From the NCBI RefSeq assembly GCF_000143415.4, contig NW_003314320.1:370586-434585 (forward strand): a DNA stretch of 64,000 nt, read 5' to 3'. Source of the DNA: Selaginella moellendorffii (taxonomy: Eukaryota; Plantae; Lycopodiophyta). Shown one piece after another: positions 1-10,665 of this stretch. The notes under the pieces were generated by a model. That model ran no database searches and was not told the origin of the DNA. It worked only from the letters and a program-made list of their open reading frames with translations. Positions within the stretch are counted from its first letter, which is position 1; the number at the start of each line of letters is the position of its first letter. The translations under genes and the position numbers were made by a program.

Positions 1-2330
1 ATCTCAGGATATGTATATTGTCTAGCATTTGGGTCATTTATATTTAATTCAAACTATTTTGTCAACATCATAGCTCTTTGAAGTGTCATTTGTTCAGAAC
101 CTTCTATAAAATAAACATTTTGAAATTTTGGAAAATGGATACGGATTATAGGGATCGAACGACTATGCATTTTAAATTTAAAAAGTCTCTATATTGCCTT
201 TAGAGCAGATTCATAACGTGCTTTATAAAATATTGAAATAAATATTTAATACTTTTTATAGTAGCACAAATTTCAATATTAATATGAGCATTATATTTTT
301 TACAAAGGTATTTATTATAAGGCACTACCCAACGATTATCAATATAACACCCACTTTTTATATATATACAGCTATTATCAGGTCTATAATAATTTGGATA
401 TCCATCAACACTAAAAGTAATTTTGTAATTAAATTTTTTCTGATAACCTTTTGAGCAAGTGCCATTTTTCATGCAAAGACTATTAGAATAAAGAGGCTCA
501 CATGGATCATGTATCATATGAGATGTAATTATTTTAGAAATTTCAAGTTCATTTTGAGGATCAAGCAATTGTGCCGTTATATATTGGTCAATAACATCAT
601 GGTCTTTAATCTTGTTTTCATAAGATAAAATCCCTAGAAAGTGACAATGTGGAAGGCCTCTTTTTTGAAATTCAATTACATATATAAAAGCAATACAATT
701 TCCAAAAATATATTTTTTAGTAATATCATTCAAAAATTCTTTAAGCTTGATATGAAATGCTCTAGAAACCAAGTTTGGACGATCCTCAGTGCCTTCATTT
801 GGATGTAAGTTTTAGCCATTTAGCATTGCATGTAAAAGTAATGAAAAGATTTGGCTTTGAAAAATGAGTAACTATAGCTATTGCATCTTGATAATTTTGT
901 TGTATTGCTCTAGGGCCACCCCCAAAACTTGAAGGTAAAATAACAATCTTGCCTGGATTTATATTTTCATTAATAGCACAGTTTGCACCATAATCCATAA
1001 GATCAGTATACATTTCAACTTGCAATTGTTTCTAATGAGTGCGATAGTAATTCAAATTATTGCTTTCAACTTTTACATAAGCATCAACTATATATTGTTG
1101 TGTGAGTCTTTCTGCATGTAAAATTAAATTAAAACCAAAGTGTATTGTGTCTCTTATAGATAAATGGTATGCATAATATTGGAGTAATGTAATTCAACAT
1201 CTGGAATTAAAAATATTTTTATGCCAACCTTTGTCACCAAAAGGAAATATTAATGGGTAAACCATTGGATCACAATTATAATCAAGTGTTGAGATACATT
1301 TAGAATTGCTTACAGTTGGATATATACAAATTTCACGACTATGTGGCGGTTCTCCATCATCACTAACAAACACAACAGCATCATTTGTCCGTGGAGCATT
1401 ATAGCGTTGTGGATTAGTTCCTTCAGTTTTTAATAACATGTAAACACCACATATAAGATAACCTAAAAGTGTAGCAAAAAAAATTTCTTCTTGTTCCATT
1501 TCATACATCATTTTGAAAGCTTGAGCATATGGGTTAACATGACAAAGGAGAGCATCAAGATGTTTAAGTAAGTTTGTCTCACGGCTTGAATTAAAAGGGT
1601 TTTGCTTTCTTATATCTATAGCTTCTAGAGTATCAAGCATATAAAGTTGTCCATAGGTTCAATATTGACCTTCAGAAGGATGTGCTGAAACAATATTATG
1701 ATATATTTGACCATGGATTTTAAAGCAATAAAGACCATGACCTTTTACAATATTAATATTAGAAGACATAGATGCAAAAGCAAGAGCACTATTGTAGTGT
1801 CTAATATTTGTTTTAAAATTAGAGTTCTTATTTTGCTTGTAAAGTGAAAGTAAATCAAATGGTAAAGGTGAAATTGGAGGTAATATAACTTGGTTATTCT
1901 AGCAACACATTGAAGAGTTTTCATCTTTAAAATGCAATGCATTACAAAAAGTACAAACAAATGATAAACTACCAATATTAAAATTTATTATGTTAAAGTC
2001 ATTATAAATGCTATGGCTTGCTAGTGTGGTATTCATGGGTGGGAGTGGTAGATTTAATATTGCTTGATATATATAATCATCATAATAACGTGCATGTAAG
2101 GTTCCAGATGCTTCTAACTGTCCAATTGATTGCTGTATATAATCATTATCATGATTAATATTTTGGTATATAGAATCATTATCATGATTATTTTGAACAG
2201 CTATAGTATGTGTATCATGGTCAATCATAGTTTCAGAGGCATCTAAATCTCCATTAGATTGTTTACTATGTCGTATGGTTCTCAAACGATGGCAGAGGCA
2301 AGGCATTTTCAGTCACTTCGATTATAGGTT
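1..2330 (-). mobile_element. Decayed Helitron Rep/helicase (rolling-circle transposon), N-terminal/Rep part; continues beyond the left edge
   Basis: Broken ORFs 200-772, 795-1025, 1194-1640 and 1899-2306 carry Helitron Rep motifs VIEFQKRGLPHCH (HUH), ILPSSFGGGPR..QNYQDAIA...FITFTCN, DPMVYPLIFPFG..GWH and DNRWVVPYN...AHINIEIC. Multiple stops and frameshifts; AT-rich. Confidence 0.92.
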
Positions 2331-3548
2331 TGATTATATATATATATTTTTAATTGAGTTTGTATAGAAGTTTATGCAGAATAGAAATGCAGACTACAGT
2401 TGGATATATATAAATTTCACAACTATGTAATGATCTGAAAGGAAAATATTAGACTTTTGCGAAGCACACTCAAGAACAACAAAATAACTCCACTGTTGTG
2501 TTTACCAATCTCTGCCTCATAATCCACAGCTTTGCAATTTTGAGCTGCAGCCCCAAGTGCTGCTCCTACGCCAGCATCAGGTTACCTGGCACAGCATCCT
2601 AGCACAGCATCGTTGAAACCAGCCCTCAAACTCTCGGAAACTGGAACTAAATTTTAGATTCGACAGAAGTAGTATCAGACAGAAAAAAAATCTCATCATA
2701 GAATACAAAGATATTCAAACTTACGACTTACCTCGATCTAAAAACGAAGCTAAACCACGCGATGCTTGCGGTGGCGCCTTCTGCTTCTCCTTCTCTTTCA
2801 AGAGAACCCAGACATCAGTGCTGTGTCGGATTTCCAAAACTTCAGGAGCAGTGTTGGCTGGCACAGCCACTCGACAGCCCTACGTCAACTCGAAACACCT
2901 GGTTCCTACAAACGGAGTTGATCCCGAGCATGTGCTGAAACAAAAATCCCTCACCAGGCCCAGCAGCAAGGGATTCCTCGAGAGAATCCGGGGATGAAGA
3001 GGGAGTGTCCTTGATAATTGCTTTCTTGTAGGCCAAAGAGCTCGTGAGGCGGTGGCGAACAGGGATCAAAGCTTTGCTGAGTTGGAGATGAGCCAATTTG
3101 CCTCTCACAATCCTGAGTTGATCCCGAGAGGAGCCTCGATTGTGTGCCCGACTACCATTCTACTCGCCCCTGTTACTTACCACGGCTCTCACGGGAATGC
3201 CCACACAACCGTGTCCGAGTAGAGCAGCCATGGAGCCCTAAGAGTGCATGGCATACACACCCTCTTCCCTTCCCGGCCACGCATGCATCCCGCCCATTGG
3301 CCGCCACAACATTGAGCCGATATTCCCGCTAACCATGGCCACCGGCCCTGGTCCGAGCCTGGGCTGGTCTCCCCTTCCCAAGAACCATGGCTTCCGAGGC
3401 TGCCCCGGGCCCGGGATCGGACGGCTGCGGGGGTCTGGGCTCTTCGTTCTTATTATTATAGATTAAAGGCAAACACCAAATATGGTTCTTGTACCTCTTT
3501 GTATTGTATACATAATCAACTCTTGTAGTCACTCTCATTAGTGGAACG

Positions 3549-4628
3549 ATGCCACCACACACGGGATTACCAGACGTTCTTTGGTTTTATATCTTGTCCA
3601 AGCTGCTGGATGTTGAATCACTGGTTCGAGCATCCCTTGTTTGCAGGGAATGGAACGGGTTTGTTCGTAGCGAGGGCAACGATATCAAGCAAAGGTGTAA
3701 ATCTCCACTCTTGTTTCTTAAAGTGGAACTTCGAAGGCTGGCATGCTTCAATCCTCAAAGTGGCCAGCTCTACGATCCCAACACCTTTTTTCTGCCACCT
3801 GAGGTATCAGTTTCATTATCCAGCATTCCAGTCGCTAGCTCCAATGGTTGGGTGTTGTGGAGGTACTACACAGAGGAAGATATGGTCTCTCTGGTGATAA
3901 ACAATCCCTTGGTACGATCCAGCTCAGTGGCGCTGCCACACTGCCATGACGTTCAGTTGGAGGATTGGATTCAACCTGAGAACTTCGCCATGCTTGCGGC
4001 CAAAGACGGCAGCAGCTTTTGCATATCTTTTGTCCTCTTTGGTACCATTAATGCGTATGCTTATACTGCGGGTGGTCATGATCATGATCAGAACGAGTGG
4101 AGAACGGTCGGGAATGGAAGATATAAGGGACATAGGGTTGCATGGACTAATTTTGAGCACTGCCACATCTTAGGGGAAAGCGGTCACTGGGTTTACAAGC
4201 CCCAAAATGATGAATGTGTGCTTGTGGGGAAATTGGAAAGCTTGGAGGATTACGAGTATGGTGCTTTTGGATTAGTCTCGTTGAGAGGAGAGCTCGTCAC
4301 CGTGAGATTCATGAACGGGCCCATGCGTTTATCACTGGTAAAAAGTGTTGACGGGTTTGTAAAAGAGGAGGAAAAATGGGTTTGTGCTGAAACTATCCCA
4401 TATAGGAGAAAGAAAGTGTTTATTTGCTTGGATAATGAGTTCCACCACGTTCCATGGAAACTAACGGTGCTTGATTTGAAGACTGGAGTGTGGAAGGTTG
4501 AAAAGCTTGTGACACCAATCAAGTTTAAATGGTGCCCTCTAATGAAAGAAACCGATGAAGCTCAGCCATGGCCGAAAGATTGGCCCATGTCACACACATT
4601 AGCATTTGTTCCAAATCCAAAAATCTAA
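3549..4628 (+). CDS. F-box protein with probable beta-propeller substrate domain (paralog 1 of 3), intronless
   Basis: N-terminal F-box LPDVLWFYILSKLLDVESLVRASLVCREWN; PVASSNGWV motif; C-terminal HTLAFVPNPK shared with ORFs at 8848 and 10666. Confidence 0.88.
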   Translation: MPPHTGLPDVLWFYILSKLLDVESLVRASLVCREWNGFVRSEGNDIKQRCKSPLLFLKVELRRLACFNPQSGQLYDPNTFFLPPEVSVSLSSIPVASSNGWVLWRYYTEEDMVSLVINNPLVRSSSVALPHCHDVQLEDWIQPENFAMLAAKDGSSFCISFVLFGTINAYAYTAGGHDHDQNEWRTVGNGRYKGHRVAWTNFEHCHILGESGHWVYKPQNDECVLVGKLESLEDYEYGAFGLVSLRGELVTVRFMNGPMRLSLVKSVDGFVKEEEKWVCAETIPYRRKKVFICLDNEFHHVPWKLTVLDLKTGVWKVEKLVTPIKFKWCPLMKETDEAQPWPKDWPMSHTLAFVPNPKI

Positions 4629-4941
4629 AGAAGCTATAGTTTGTCTTCAGAGAAAGAGTTTAGGGTTGTGTTTTGTGAGAGAGCGTGGGTGCAGGAGAAT
4701 TCGTGCTCGATAAAATGGAGCTCGACGGGTCACGGCATAGCTCCCGGGCCTCCATAGTAGGCGAAGTTGCCACCTCGGGCTCCTTGATCTACGCGGGCAT
4801 TTTATTCTAGAGCCGGCCCCATATCTTAAGCTATGAAACTCGTAGCTGGAAAATTTGGGAAAGAAACCCCCGTGCAAATCGATCGAGGGAGAAGAAAGAA
4901 GCACGAATGGAAGATTGGGGATCCACAATCCCTAGTGGATT

Positions 4942-5230
4942 CTAGTCCAGCTTCAGAGCATCGAGAGCCATCTCAGTCTTGTACATGGCGTGCTTGAAAC
5001 CCTGGCCGATCTGTAGGACCCGAGTGGCAAAGCGCTTGGCATTGGCAGCGTTGGTGTGTAGGAGAGCGTTGGCCTGGAGTTGCTCATCGTTGTCGATAGA
5101 ACTGTGGACTGCGGCGAGATCGAGCTGGCGGAGGGTGGGGATGAATGAAAGCCGCCTCGGTGCCGTGGAGAAGTTCCTCCAAGTCTCGCTTGAGCTAGAT
5201 CGCTCTGCCCATTGGAATGTTGTGTGCCAT
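4942..5230 (-). pseudogene. Small helical protein family, copy 1 (in-frame TAG at codon 12 plus one frameshift)
   Basis: Manual translation MAHNIPMGRAI*LKRDLEELLHGTEAAF../TLRQLDLAAV...NAKRFATRVLQIGQGFKHAMYKTEMALDALKLD* aligns by eye with the 98-aa ORF at 11866-12162. Preceded by a 5'UTR intron (gtgag...ctgcag) and TATAAAAT. Confidence 0.7.
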
Positions 5231-5378
5231 CCTCACTGCAGAGAAGAGAAACGAAACAGAGAGAGAGAGAGAGACGAGAAGGAGAATCTAGAAAAGAAAA
5301 ACACACTCACCTTGTGGAGAGAAGAGAGAACAGCCGAGAAGACAGCGCTTAAAGAGAAGAATAGCGAGCTGTAGCGGA

Positions 5379-5524
5379 TTTTATAAAGCAGGAGAGATTG
5401 ACCATTGACCTTTGAATATCTTTGACTTGGATCTCTGAATATCTTTGACTTTAGATTTTCGACAGCTAAAGCATCATAAAAATCTTGGATTTTGAATTCC
5501 GTTAGAGATGTTTGAAAGTTGACC
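5379..5524 (-). promoter_or_regulatory. TATA box plus cluster of five W-boxes (TTGACY, WRKY sites)
   Basis: TATAAAAT on minus at ~5379-5386; TTGACC/T at 5398, 5405, 5422, 5445 and 5519. Confidence 0.6.
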
Positions 5525-5944
5525 CATAAAATCTTCTTAATGAATAGATTTTTAACTTAAGGCACTCTTCATGACGTTCACTAATCATGTGTTTAACAGA
5601 GCAAGAGTACCGAGATTAGCTACTCCTTGCCATGGTTGCTTTTGAGCCTTTTGAGGATTTCATACAATTACTTGGGAACTGCGGTTCTAGGATCTCTTCA
5701 CCATCTAGTGCTTCTTGAAACGTCTTGCTCACAAGAGCGTTGCTCGTCGCATGGATCAAATATATATATAGTTTACTTACTTCAAGCTTACTTGAGGAAT
5801 GTCTTAGCTTAATCTTTCTTAATCATCAATTATGTACATTTTAAATACTTTTCCTGATAGTTTGTATTTGGATTTCCTGATTTCATTCGTCTGTCAGTAA
5901 CAAAAAAAAATGCCCTGTATTAAGTTCTTCTTTGCCCGTATCAA

Positions 5945-6028
5945 AGTCAAAGTCACTGAAATCTTTACGGGATCACGTCAAAGTCCAAGCAGTCCTCAGT
6001 CAAAAGTCAATATCCTGCTCTATAAAAT
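5945..6028 (+). promoter_or_regulatory. W-box cluster plus TATA box of small-protein copy 2
   Basis: AGTCAA at 5945, 5998 and 6005; CGTCAA at 5976; CCTGCTCTATAAAAT at 6014-6028, matching CCTGCTTTATAAAAT of copy 1. Confidence 0.6.
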
Positions 6029-6095
6029 GGCCAGCTGGGGCGTCTCGGCTCTTCAGCGGCTCGCTAACGTCTCGGCTCTTGTCTGCGCGGCTCTC

Positions 6096-6428
6096 TAACG
6101 TAATTCGTCTAGGCGGAAGCCAGTGAGCGTGTCCCCGATGGCGTCTTCAGTCACACGGGCGATTCGCTGGAGCTCTCCTTTGATCGCCAGAACATTGCGC
6201 ATCGCCTCTGCCGCCATCCTGGAAAAGAAAGAGAAACGAGAGGGAGAGAGACGGAAGAGATGAGAGATGAGGGAGTAGAAGAAGAGCACTCACACGCAAC
6301 CGGGGCTTCGTGCTATGGGGGAAATCGGGAAGCGCAAAGCAACAAAACTGGAGAAGATCGGAGAAAAGTTCGAGCGTGCTGTTCTGGATGCCGAAAAGGC
6401 TCTGCGTGAGCTTGTTGTAGATTTCTAG
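6096..6428 (+). pseudogene. Small helical protein family, copy 2, disrupted by a ~200-bp internal inversion
   Basis: 5'UTR intron and N-half (MAAEAMRNVLAIKGELQRIARVTEDAIGDTLTGFRLDELR) read on minus 6293->6096. C-half (TQPGLRAMGEIGKRKATKLEKIGEKFERAVLDAEKALRELVVDF*) reads on plus 6294-6428. The promoter is on plus. Confidence 0.75.
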
Positions 6429-6699
6429 TTGAATCTTGTGTGCCGTCGGTGCCGCATTGTCAAAGTTCTATTCTACGCAATTTGTTCTCGGCCATGGGCG
6501 TCCTCTTGTCTCCAATACATTCATCTTCACGGCTCGCATCCAATCCTTGAACAGCCATGCCTTTCTCCAGTGCATTCATCTTCACGGCCTCTCCTTGCCG
6601 CCAAGCTCGTGCAAACTTCAAGTGACACAAAGGAAAAAATCGAACCGAGGAAACACCAAACTACCAAACTCTTACCTATGCCGCTCACTCTCCTCTTCC

Positions 6700-7850
6700 G
6701 ATTGTCACGTACTTGGGCTTAAAAACTATAGCGATCATACCACCTGGAATTTTGTGATGGTAGAAATTTGTCTCGCAACTTTAAAAAAAAGAGCTTACCT
6801 TCAAAAGAATGATGCAATCTAGATCTCGGCCAAGCACCACATTATAGTCCTGCCAAACACCGGAAACGCAAATTGTACGTAGAGATCAAACAATCGTAAA
6901 CCATTCCGGAACGTCTGACAGAGCCGAATATCCTGCAAAACAAAAGCAGCTATGTAATTGCCTTGACACTGTCGAACTTGACTTGCTTGCTAAGGGTGCC
7001 CTCTGTCTTCAAAGTTTCCTGGCAGAAAGAATTACGTGGTTAGACGCACTAGGACCAGCTCTAGAGACTGCTTACTTTCTGGGGCTCGTCTCGTTAATTC
7101 CTCGCCACCTCACCAGATCGATTGCCTCCTCCGGTTCTTCGATCTAAAGCGGGAGTAAACGAAGTAAGAAAGAAAAAAAAGTGTTGTTTACCTGTGCAGA
7201 AGTCACGTTGAAACGTCCATCTGAAGCCATTGGTCTTGTTCTCTTGCGCTTCCAAACTCCGTAGCTAGACCCGCCTGTGTATGGTCGATAAGTAGCAGAA
7301 GAAGAAGACATAACCTGCCGGTTGCTCAGAAGCGCAAGAAAGCGTTCAAACTCGTTTTCTTGATGAATTGAAGCTCCTACCCTGTGCCTGCCAATGGAGC
7401 TTGTCAAGTTAGACGACAATCACCACAATGGAGTAAACGGCGCTTACAAGAACACCTCGCTACTAGTTAAACTCGGCTAAACATTACTTGATTCGAACTG
7501 GTAGCCTCATTTTACTGTTTTTCAGCACATTCCTGGGCTTGAATCTGTGTTCCAAAGGATAAGTTTTTACTTATTTATTTCAAGGAGCTCTTACCTCTTC
7601 CAGACCTCGTCAAGCCTCTCTTCAATATACTGCACAACGTCGGTGATCTGTTTCTGCCAATTCTTCGCACGACACATCAAAGAAGACAGAAATTTCCGAC
7701 GTCGACTTAGAGCTCACCTGTGTCCCGCATAATCCCGAGACTCTTCGTACACCACCGATGTCCAGATGCTGTTCAGAAATGCCACGAAAAGATGAATAAA
7801 CTATAGAAAAAGAGACAGACATTCAACATCACCTGGAACTGGAACTGACT
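6700..7850 (-). pseudogene. Unidentified multi-exon gene fragments
   Basis: Exon-like blocks bounded by GT-AG signals on minus (e.g. IWTSVVYEESRDYAGHR|gtgag, KQITDVVQYIEERLDEVWKR|gtaag, DYNVVLGRDLDCIILLK|gtaag). No family recognised. Confidence 0.3.
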
Positions 7851-7899
7851 TTAGCCGCCGCCACACCAGCTTATACTTTTGCCACAGCAGTAATCGGCA

Positions 7900-8845
7900 C
7901 CTTTGGAGAACACAGCTCGAATACGATCAAGTGAAAGCTCTCCAGTCCCCGATTTCCCACTCCCAAAACTCGTTCTTTCTGCTAGAGCTCCGCCCGAAGC
8001 CCATACAGCTGCTTTCCAAACTTAGTGTGGATAAGTATGCCGAGATGCCATGCCTCGTCTCCCTGATTCTGAAGAGGCCGTGAGAGACATTGGAAAGTGT
8101 CGAAACGCTACCTTGGCGGAAGAACTGCGTGACTGCTTCATTTCAAAGCCTTCGAGCAGGGACTCCATTTTCAGGGAGTCTGTCGCCAAACAGATTTGTT
8201 GGCCACGCGAAGCCCGATGGCCATGGTATCATCAAAACCAAGAAACAAGTACTTCCAGCCACCAAGAACCTATCAGAGAAGAAATAGTTTTCCACTGTAA
8301 GTTTCACAAGCAATGATCCAAGTTAATGCACCGTGACAGTTCCCGCTTGAACAGGATCGACCGACACGATTCATATCTGCGCTGATGCTGTACCGAGAAA
8401 AGAAGTCCAGTTCGCGATTGGGAACACCAAACCTGTCATGGTTGCCACGAAGATCGAAGAACACACTTTGTGGCAATCGGCTTTCTTTTGAGACGTGCTT
8501 CATAGTTTTGTTCGTCTTGCCTTGTCACAGAGAGGTCTCTGTTCTTGGCAGCTAGAACGAAATGCAAGGGATTTTTTAGAAAAAGTTCGTGGGAGAGACC
8601 AAAATTACCAGTGAGATCGCCGGTGACGAGCACCAGAGCAGGCCGGACGAGCGCCAAAAGCCGCGAGGCCACACTTCCGCTCGATTTGGATGAAAAACAC
8701 TCACATCGAGATCGGAGATCTGAAAGGCCCAGTCGCGCTCGCGCTCTTCGCCAGGATCAGGTGCGAGGAGACAAAGATCGATTTCTTAAGCGCCAGATAA
8801 CCTGAAAAATATTTTAGGGTTCTTGAGAAAATTATTGCCACTTCA
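7900..8845 (-). pseudogene. Degraded inverted partial duplicate of the metallophosphoesterase gene (5' ~1 kb, introns retained)
   Basis: Reverse complement matches ~13345-14420 (MKHVSKESRLPQSVFFDLRGNHDRFGVPNRELDFFSRYSISADMNRV; LLALVRPALVLVTGDLTG), including upstream sequence and introns. Many deletions. Confidence 0.9.
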
Positions 8846-8847
8846 TT

Positions 8848-9921
8848 TCAATTAAGTTTTGGATTAGGAACAAATGCTAATGTGTGTGACGTATGCCAAT
8901 ATTCCGGCCATGGCCGAGCTTCATCCGTTTCCATCATTAGCGGGCACCATTTATATTTAATTGGCGTCACAAGCTCTTCAACCCTCCAGACTTGAGTCTT
9001 CATATCAAGAACTAAATCTTTTGTCCATGGAATAAAGTGGAACTCATCATCCAAGCACACAAACACTTTCTTTGTCCTGTCCTGGATGACTACCGTCCCA
9101 GAATCCCATTTTACCTCCTCTTTTACAAAACCGTCAACACTTTTTACCAGTGATAAACGCATAGAATTCTTGACAGGTCTCGCAGTCATGAGCTCTCCTC
9201 TCAGCAATACTAAACCAAACATACCATACTTGTAATTGTCCAAACTTTCCAAAGTCCCCACAAGCTCACATTCACGAGCTTGAGGCTTGTAAACCCAGTG
9301 ACCGCTTTCCCCTAAGATGTGGCAGTGCTCAAAATCAGTCCATGCAATCCTATTTCTCCTCCAGTTTGGACCATTAACTTCTATCCACTCGTTCTCACCA
9401 CCAGCAGCATAAGAATACGCATAAAAGATGTCAAAGTCGACAAACGATATGCAAAAGCTGCTGCCGTCTTTCGCGGCAAGCATGGCGAAGTTCTCAGGTT
9501 CAATCCAATCATGCTTTACTTCTGGGCAGTGTGGTAGCGTCACTGAGCTGGATGGTACCAAGGGATTGTTTAGCACCAAAGAGACCGTCTTTCCTTCTGT
9601 GTAGTACCTCCACAACACCCAACCATTTGAGCTCGCCACTGGAATGCTTGATGGCGAAACTGACACTTCCGGTGGTAAAAAGAAAGTGTTGGGATTGTAG
9701 AGCTTGCCACTTTTAGGGTTGAAGCACGCCAGCCTTCTTAGCTCCACTTTAAGGAACAAGAGCGGGGAATTACACCTCTGCTTGATGTGGCTGCCATCTC
9801 CACGAATAAATGTATTCCATTCCTTGCAGACAAGGCTCGCTCGAACTAGCGTTTCAACATCCAGTAGCTTGGACAAGATATAGGACCAAAGAGCGTCTGG
9901 TAATCCGCCGTCTGCTGACAT
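8848..9921 (-). CDS. F-box protein (paralog 2); start at MSADGG (9921) or 9948
   Basis: LPDALWSYILSKLLDVETLVRASLVCKEWN; colinear with paralogs 1 and 3. Confidence 0.86.
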   Translation of the reverse strand: MSADGGLPDALWSYILSKLLDVETLVRASLVCKEWNTFIRGDGSHIKQRCNSPLLFLKVELRRLACFNPKSGKLYNPNTFFLPPEVSVSPSSIPVASSNGWVLWRYYTEGKTVSLVLNNPLVPSSSVTLPHCPEVKHDWIEPENFAMLAAKDGSSFCISFVDFDIFYAYSYAAGGENEWIEVNGPNWRRNRIAWTDFEHCHILGESGHWVYKPQARECELVGTLESLDNYKYGMFGLVLLRGELMTARPVKNSMRLSLVKSVDGFVKEEVKWDSGTVVIQDRTKKVFVCLDDEFHFIPWTKDLVLDMKTQVWRVEELVTPIKYKWCPLMMETDEARPWPEYWHTSHTLAFVPNPKLN

Positions 9922-10259
9922 CAGAGTACAGAAAAGGATTTCTAACATGTTTATAACCTTTTAATTGTAGAGAATATTCTCAAACGATATAAGGATTCGC
10001 GCCTAACGAATCCCCTCTCTACAAGTGAAGATAAACATAAATAAATTAAAACTTATCTTTTGGAACACAGCCCAGCTATGAAGGCTTGGATGTTTGAATC
10101 AAGCAATGTTAAGTCGAGTTTTCCGCAGGGAGAAGTGACAACGAGTGCCAAGCTTGTCCAAGCTCTTGTAAGCGCCGGTTACTCCACTGTGGTGATTGTC
10201 GTTTAACTTAAGATCCATTGGCAGGTACAGGTTAGGAGCTCCAATCTCTTGAGAAAGGA

Positions 10260-10665
10260 AGATCGAAGAACACACTTTGTGGCAATCGGCTCTCTTTCGG
10301 TAAGTTCTTCCATGGTTTTCCACTAACACAGCAGCTTTGCTGGTCACCCCGCAAGTGTGGAAGTTCCCAGCTCAGATGAAAATAGCTATATCACTCTGGC
10401 TAGTAGCCATGTAGATCCGTTTTGCCAGGTTTGGTTTCTTTTTTTTTTCACTTCTCATGTCTTTTTATGATCTATAGATTTCTTGAGCCAGCTCTCGTCC
10501 TGCCCAGCTACTCGAAATGTACAAAGGCAACTCCATCGTGAGGAGGTCCAAGAGAGTAGCTCATGAGCAAAATCACCACAGTGACGATTGAACGGCCCAT
10601 GCGACAAATCGATCTTCGTCTCTTCGCTGGCAAAAACCTAGACGAAAATGAGAACTTTATCAAAT
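10260..10665 (-). pseudogene. Second, more eroded remnant of the metallophosphoesterase 5' end
   Basis: 10260-10320 matches the reverse complement of ~13755-13815. 10570-10655 matches patches of 13380-13650 (ttcgtctaggtt, gtcgcatgggccgttca). Confidence 0.65.

Noticed and set aside
2460-3470. ORFs 2842-3108 and 3248-3466, and a 14-bp direct repeat (gagttgatcccgag at ~2916 and ~3116)
   Set aside because: No recognisable family or structure, so no feature call is supportable.
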